From Clostridia bacterium (GTDB lineage: Bacteria; Bacillota; Clostridia; Oscillospirales; CAG-272): a stretch of 64,000 nucleotides of DNA. Location of the stretch: assembly GCA_017455975.1 (NCBI GenBank), contig JAFTLK010000039.1:6379-70378 (forward strand). The letters are read 5' to 3'. This document shows positions 59,958 to 64,000 of this stretch, piece after piece. Every line of letters begins with the position of its first letter. Position 1 is the stretch's first letter. The translations under genes and the position numbers were made by a program. Below the pieces are notes generated by a model that made no database searches, had not been told where the DNA came from, and was given only the letters and a program-made list of their open reading frames with translations.

Positions 59958-61391
59958 TTATGCTTTTTCTGCGACGGAATCTGCGAATTTTGCGATATCG
60001 CCGGCTCCCATGATGAGCAGCAGGTCGCCTGCCTCTGCGGTATGGCAGAGATGATCGCGCAGCGCATTCCAATCCGGTGCATAGACGGCGTGCGGGATGC
60101 GTTCTGCTATCTGGGCGGAGGAGACACCGTAGGTGTTTGTTTCACGTGCGGCATAGATGTCCGCGAAGAAGACTTCATCGCAATTGTCAAACGCCGTGAC
60201 GAAATCCTCAAACAGCTCGGCTGTACGGGAGTAGGTATGCGGCTGGTAGACACAGCGCAGACGTCCGCCGCCGGCGCTGCTCTGTATGCGGTGCGCACCC
60301 TCGAGTGTTGTGCGGATCTCGGACGGATGGTGCCCGAAGTCGTCGTATACCGGGACACGGACGGGACAGTTCTTCAGATATCCCTTGAACTCCATGCGCC
60401 GTCCCGCGCCGGTAAAGGTGGAAAGACCCGCACCGATGACCGATGGGGAAAGACCGCAGCGATCGGCGGCTGCGGCACAGGCAAGCGCATTGAGCACGTT
60501 GTGCTGGCCCGGAACGGAGAGATGAACATGACAGAAGGGTTCTCCTTTGTGCAGAACCGTAAACTCCGCGCATCCGTCTGGATAGCGGATATCGGCGGCA
60601 CGGTATTCCGCATCCGGATTTACAATGCCGAAGGTCACGCAGGATGCATGACAGCCGCGGACGCTGTCGAGCACGTTTTCGTCGTCTGCGTTGACAATGT
60701 CGATGCCGTCCTCGCCCGGGATTTCCAGATATCTGTGGAAAGACTCCTTGATCTGTTCCAGCGATTTGAAGTAGTCAGGATGATCCATTTCCTCATTGAG
60801 CACAACGGCAATGCTCGGATGGAATGACAGAAAGCTGTCCTTATATTCGCAAGCTTCGAAAATGAAATCCTCGCCTGTACCGGAATGAAAATCGTGGCCG
60901 AGTTCGGGGATCGGTGCGCCGATCAGAATGGCAGGGTCGCGTCCTGCGTACAGAAACAGATGCGACAGCATTGCCGAGGTTGTCGTTTTTCCGTGCATGC
61001 CGGCGATTCCGATACCGTGACGGTAGCCGCGCATCAGAAACGACAGAAAACAGGAACGGTAGACGAGCGGCAGACCGGCCGCCTTTGCTGCGGCGTATTC
61101 CGGATTGTCCTCGCCGATGGCGGCATTGTAGACGACTGCGTCATAGCCTGTGATGTTCCCGGCGTCATGCTGCGGGAAAACGGGGATGCCGGCATCACCC
61201 AGCATCTGCGTGTTTGCCGAAACCGCACGGTCGGATCCGCCGACCCGATACCCTTTCTCTTTTGCGATCATGGCAAGCGCGCTCATGGACACACCGCCGA
61301 TGCCGATGAAGAACAGAGAACAGCCGACGGGAAGCAGCTGTTCAAGCTCCTGTATAGAGTGCATAATTATACAATTTTCTGCATGTGACAT
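59958..61391 (-). CDS. murC: UDP-N-acetylmuramate--L-alanine ligase
   Basis: 477 aa. FIGIGGVSMSALA, GMHGKTTT and Mur ligase middle and C-terminal domains. GGAGG RBS 8 nt upstream of the ATG at 61391. Confidence 0.95.
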   Translation of the reverse strand: MSHAENCIIMHSIQELEQLLPVGCSLFFIGIGGVSMSALAMIAKEKGYRVGGSDRAVSANTQMLGDAGIPVFPQHDAGNITGYDAVVYNAAIGEDNPEYAAAKAAGLPLVYRSCFLSFLMRGYRHGIGIAGMHGKTTTSAMLSHLFLYAGRDPAILIGAPIPELGHDFHSGTGEDFIFEACEYKDSFLSFHPSIAVVLNEEMDHPDYFKSLEQIKESFHRYLEIPGEDGIDIVNADDENVLDSVRGCHASCVTFGIVNPDAEYRAADIRYPDGCAEFTVLHKGEPFCHVHLSVPGQHNVLNALACAAAADRCGLSPSVIGAGLSTFTGAGRRMEFKGYLKNCPVRVPVYDDFGHHPSEIRTTLEGAHRIQSSAGGGRLRCVYQPHTYSRTAELFEDFVTAFDNCDEVFFADIYAARETNTYGVSSAQIAERIPHAVYAPDWNALRDHLCHTAEAGDLLLIMGAGDIAKFADSVAEKA

Positions 61392-61596
61392 AAATTACCC
61401 CTCCTCAATTGACAATTTTGTACATAAATAGTTATGTGTCGGAAATTATCGACAATGTTTATGTTTTTCGTAATAATCCCGTAATAAATAATTCAGAAAT
61501 TCCTTGCTTTTTCCATGCACAAACTTCACATTTATCGTGTATAATAATAACAGGCGCGACAGAAGCATCAAAAACATTGAAAGGAACAGAAAATCC

Positions 61597-61923
61597 ATGA
61601 CAATCACCGACATCAAAATCAGAAAGCTCTTTGACGACGGCCCCATGAAAGCCATTGTCTCCGTGACCTTCGATCACTCCCTGGCGGTCCACGATATCAA
61701 GGTCATTTATGCAAGAGACAAGTTCTTTATCGTCATGCCCAGCCGCAAGAATCCCGACGGAACCTACCGCGATATCGTACATCCGATCAACGTGGACTTC
61801 CGCTCCATGCTGGAAACTGCTGTGATCGAGGCTTATCACGCAGAGCGTGAAGCGTACGACAACGGAACAAGTCCGCTTTGCAGACGGGAAGAAGAATACG
61901 CCGACGCAGAAGTTCTTCTGTAA
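61597..61923 (+). CDS. spoVG: septation/regulatory protein SpoVG
   Basis: MTITDIKIRKLFDDGPMKAIVSVTFDHSLAVHDIKVIYARDKFFIVMPSRK is a near-textbook SpoVG N-terminus. ATG at 61597 after AAAGGAA. Confidence 0.92.
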   Translation: MTITDIKIRKLFDDGPMKAIVSVTFDHSLAVHDIKVIYARDKFFIVMPSRKNPDGTYRDIVHPINVDFRSMLETAVIEAYHAEREAYDNGTSPLCRREEEYADAEVLL

Positions 61924-61980
61924 ACACCCCGCGGCCGACATTGGAGATATGACAATATGAAGATATACAAGCAAAGAAAA

Positions 61981-62020
61981 GAGTACCCGATGCCCCTGGG
62001 CGTTGACGGTGCTCTTTTTT
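61981..62020 (+). terminator. probable terminator of spoVG
   Basis: GAGTACC (61981-87) pairs with GGTGCTC (62008-14, one G-U pair) around a structured loop, followed by TTTTTT (62015-20). Confidence 0.5.
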
Positions 62021-62241
62021 CGTATGCCGACGGCAGATGCTGCTGCGGCATCAATAGTATTATATCATAAATCCGTGCAAAAATACACCCCCCGGGACGT
62101 TTTTTACCAATTATTTTTTATTTTCCCAAAATTGGGCAGGGAACAGACAGGAAATTGTGCATTGAGGACGGTATTGCCTGAAAAAGATTTTTCTTCTTAA
62201 ACATTTTGTACAAATTTCTTGCTGCAAACCGCAGTTTTTTC

Positions 62242-62270
62242 TTGACAGTATTCATCATATATAGTATAAT
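62242..62270 (+). promoter_or_regulatory. consensus sigma-A promoter of the moxR-DUF58 operon
   Basis: TTGACA (62242-47), exactly 17 nt, then TATAAT (62265-70), 40 nt upstream of the moxR ATG. Confidence 0.65.
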
Positions 62271-62309
62271 AGAGGCAGAAACTTATTCGTAAAAGGAAGG
62301 ACGAACAAT

Positions 62310-63323
62310 ATGAACGAAGAAATGCAGAACACCACGGTACAGACTCCCGCCATTCCCGGCGATGTCCACGCAGCGGCACAGGCACTGGTCGGTGAGGTGG
62401 AAAAGGTTGTCATCGGCAAACGCCATGAGATCATCATGCTTGTCACGGCATTGCTTGCCGGCGGTCATGTGCTGATCGAGGACGTTCCCGGTGTCGGCAA
62501 AACCACGCTTGCTGCCGCACTTGCCGCAGCCGCCGGTCTGAAATTCAAGCGTGCACAGTTTACCCCCGATGTTATGGCATCCGATATCACGGGCTTCAAT
62601 ATCTATAACCGTCAGACAGAGAACTTTGAGTTCCGCGAAGGTCTGGTCATGACCAATATCCTGCTGGCAGACGAAATCAACCGTGCGTCGCCGAAGACCC
62701 AGTCCTCGCTGCTCGAATCGATGGAAGAAGCCAAAGTAACCGTCGACGGTGTGACGTATGCGATCCCCGAGCCGTTCTTTGTTATTGCGACGCAGAACCC
62801 GACCGGCTTTGTCGGTACCTATCCGCTGCCCGAAGCACAGCTGGACCGCTTCACGGTCAAAATCTCCATCGGCTATCCGACCGCCGAGGAGGAAATCAAC
62901 ATCATTCGCGCAAGAAAGTACGAAAACCCGCTGGACCGTGTTGTTCCGCAGACGGATGCACAGGCCATCTGTGCGCTGAAAGCAGCTGCTGCCGATGTGC
63001 ATATCGACGATGTCATTTATGATTATATTGTCCGTCTCGTTGCGGCGACCCGCCGGCACGGTGCTCTGGCGCTCGGTGCATCACCCCGTGCGTCGCTGGC
63101 GCTGACGCGCATGGCGCAGGCGTATGCGCTGATGCACAACCGTACCTATGTCATTCCCGAGGATGTCAATGCGATCTTCGTCAACACAATCGCACACCGT
63201 GTCATGCTCAAGCAGGAAGCGAAGCTGCAGCGAATCACAGCCGAGCAGGTTCTGCGCGACATTCTGCGTGCGGCAGACGTTCCGTTTGTCGGCAAGCGTG
63301 AAAAGAATGAGGAGCAGGCATGA
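62310..63323 (+). CDS. MoxR-family AAA+ ATPase
   Basis: 337 aa. HVLIEDVPGVGKTTLA Walker A, LLADEINRASPKTQSSLLE Walker B, and ATQNP. Confidence 0.9.
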   Translation: MNEEMQNTTVQTPAIPGDVHAAAQALVGEVEKVVIGKRHEIIMLVTALLAGGHVLIEDVPGVGKTTLAAALAAAAGLKFKRAQFTPDVMASDITGFNIYNRQTENFEFREGLVMTNILLADEINRASPKTQSSLLESMEEAKVTVDGVTYAIPEPFFVIATQNPTGFVGTYPLPEAQLDRFTVKISIGYPTAEEEINIIRARKYENPLDRVVPQTDAQAICALKAAAADVHIDDVIYDYIVRLVAATRRHGALALGASPRASLALTRMAQAYALMHNRTYVIPEDVNAIFVNTIAHRVMLKQEAKLQRITAEQVLRDILRAADVPFVGKREKNEEQA

Positions 63324-64000
63324 ATGCTGTCATGGAAAAACAGCGGAAGCTGGAACAGAAGGCTGCCGAGCGGGAACGGCGGCAGAAGCTGCGTGAAGAT
63401 GCAAAGCTTCTGTCTGAGATCCGCCGTCAGGAAAAGCGGGCGCGGCTGAAGTCGTACCCGACCGTTTCGCTGACGCGCAATGCCGTGTATTATGCGTTGT
63501 TCTTTGTGTTTGCGCTGCTGTTTACACAGGCACTGCGCTCTCCCCTGTCATCGGTTTTGTTTATCTTTGCGATGCTGCTTCCGCCGCTTCTGCTTCTGTA
63601 TGCCGTGACCTGTCATCTTTTTGTCAGCGAGTCAAATACGCTGGAGGCGGAAACGGTGCAGAAGGAAGTGCCGCTGGAATATGAGATCCTGATTGCCAAC
63701 ACCGGGTTCCTTCCGTATCCGTTTGTCGATGCGGACGTGCAGTATCCTGCTCGCGACGGTGTGCACTGCGAAACCCGACGGGTATCCTGTACGTTGGCGC
63801 CGATGGGGACTTACCGGATTCTCGACCGTGCCGTGTTCCATTACCGCGGCGGCTATGAGATCGGCATCCGTGATCTGTATGTATACGACCCGCTGAAGAT
63901 CTTCCGCATCCGCATGCGCCGCGACAATCTGCGCCCGGTGTTCGTCATGCCTCGCCGTCCGGTGATCGTGACGGATGGGGAAGGGGCGGCATCGGAGGTC
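63320..64000 (+). CDS. DUF58-like membrane protein, 5' part (continues past the window end)
   Basis: Absent from the ORF track because no stop falls inside the window. The ATG at 63320 overlaps the moxR stop (ATGA) and the frame stays open for 227 codons to the edge. Coiled basic N-terminus, two TM helices, and the standard MoxR-DUF58 gene pairing. Confidence 0.65.
   Translation, partial: MNAVMEKQRKLEQKAAERERRQKLREDAKLLSEIRRQEKRARLKSYPTVSLTRNAVYYALFFVFALLFTQALRSPLSSVLFIFAMLLPPLLLLYAVTCHLFVSESNTLEAETVQKEVPLEYEILIANTGFLPYPFVDADVQYPARDGVHCETRRVSCTLAPMGTYRILDRAVFHYRGGYEIGIRDLYVYDPLKIFRIRMRRDNLRPVFVMPRRPVIVTDGEGAASEV

Noticed and set aside
60139-60154. parS-like TGTTTCACGTGCGGCA inside murC, and CTGTACACGTGCAACA at about 56836 inside lepA.
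   Set aside because: Only one half-site matches (3 and 5 mismatches respectively). This is most likely chance around a CACGTG core within coding sequence.
61957-62070. A 37-codon ORF (MKIYKQRKEYPMPLGVDGALFSYADGRCCCGINSIIS) downstream of spoVG, with a Cys triplet that looked RiPP- or peptide-like.
   Set aside because: It overlaps the predicted spoVG terminator hairpin, has only a marginal GGAG at a 10-nt spacing, and has no adjacent maturation or export genes. I cannot support it as a gene from sequence alone.

Overview
This window is a core, replication-origin-proximal chromosome segment of a Firmicutes/Clostridia-type bacterium. Hand counts of a few lines suggest roughly 50-55% GC. Gene content supports the taxon call: spoVG, remA/remB, rny-ymdB, a PASTA kinase and pyrR. 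Coding density is high, with about 60 CDS, almost all recognisable housekeeping genes. The main blocks are: (1) mrnC, mnmG and rlmH. (2) The conserved yicC-remA-gmk-rpoZ-priA-def-fmt-rsmB-rlmN-stp-prkC-rsgA cluster. (3) rny-ymdB-mgsA. (4) A small accessory-looking trio of an Eis-like GNAT, YdeI and a GH92 mannosidase. (5) pgsA-rimO-recX-recA. (6) The origin block gyrA-(PfkB kinase)-gyrB-remB-recF-dnaN-[oriC]-dnaA-lexA. (7) serS, parB-parA-(ParB paralog)-rsmG, hemW, lepA, pyrR plus a uracil permease, murC, spoVG and moxR-DUF58. I saw no rRNA, tRNA, CRISPR array, transposase, integrase or phage gene, and I could not support any novel multi-gene system such as defence, secretion or biosynthesis. 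What is worth a second look is mostly non-coding. The dnaA-dnaN spacer carries a DnaA-box cluster next to an A-centred triplet array and an AT-rich tract. The origin region is rearranged, with every gene from 28 to 61 kb on one strand. Four parS-type sites lie 8-14.5 kb from oriC. There is a 110-bp composite inverted repeat downstream of serS, a decaying 43-bp tandem repeat made of palindromes, an attenuator-like three-element structure between rny and ymdB, a PyrR-type leader, and candidate non-canonical SOS boxes. All functional calls come from reading the translations and motifs by eye; no searches were run.
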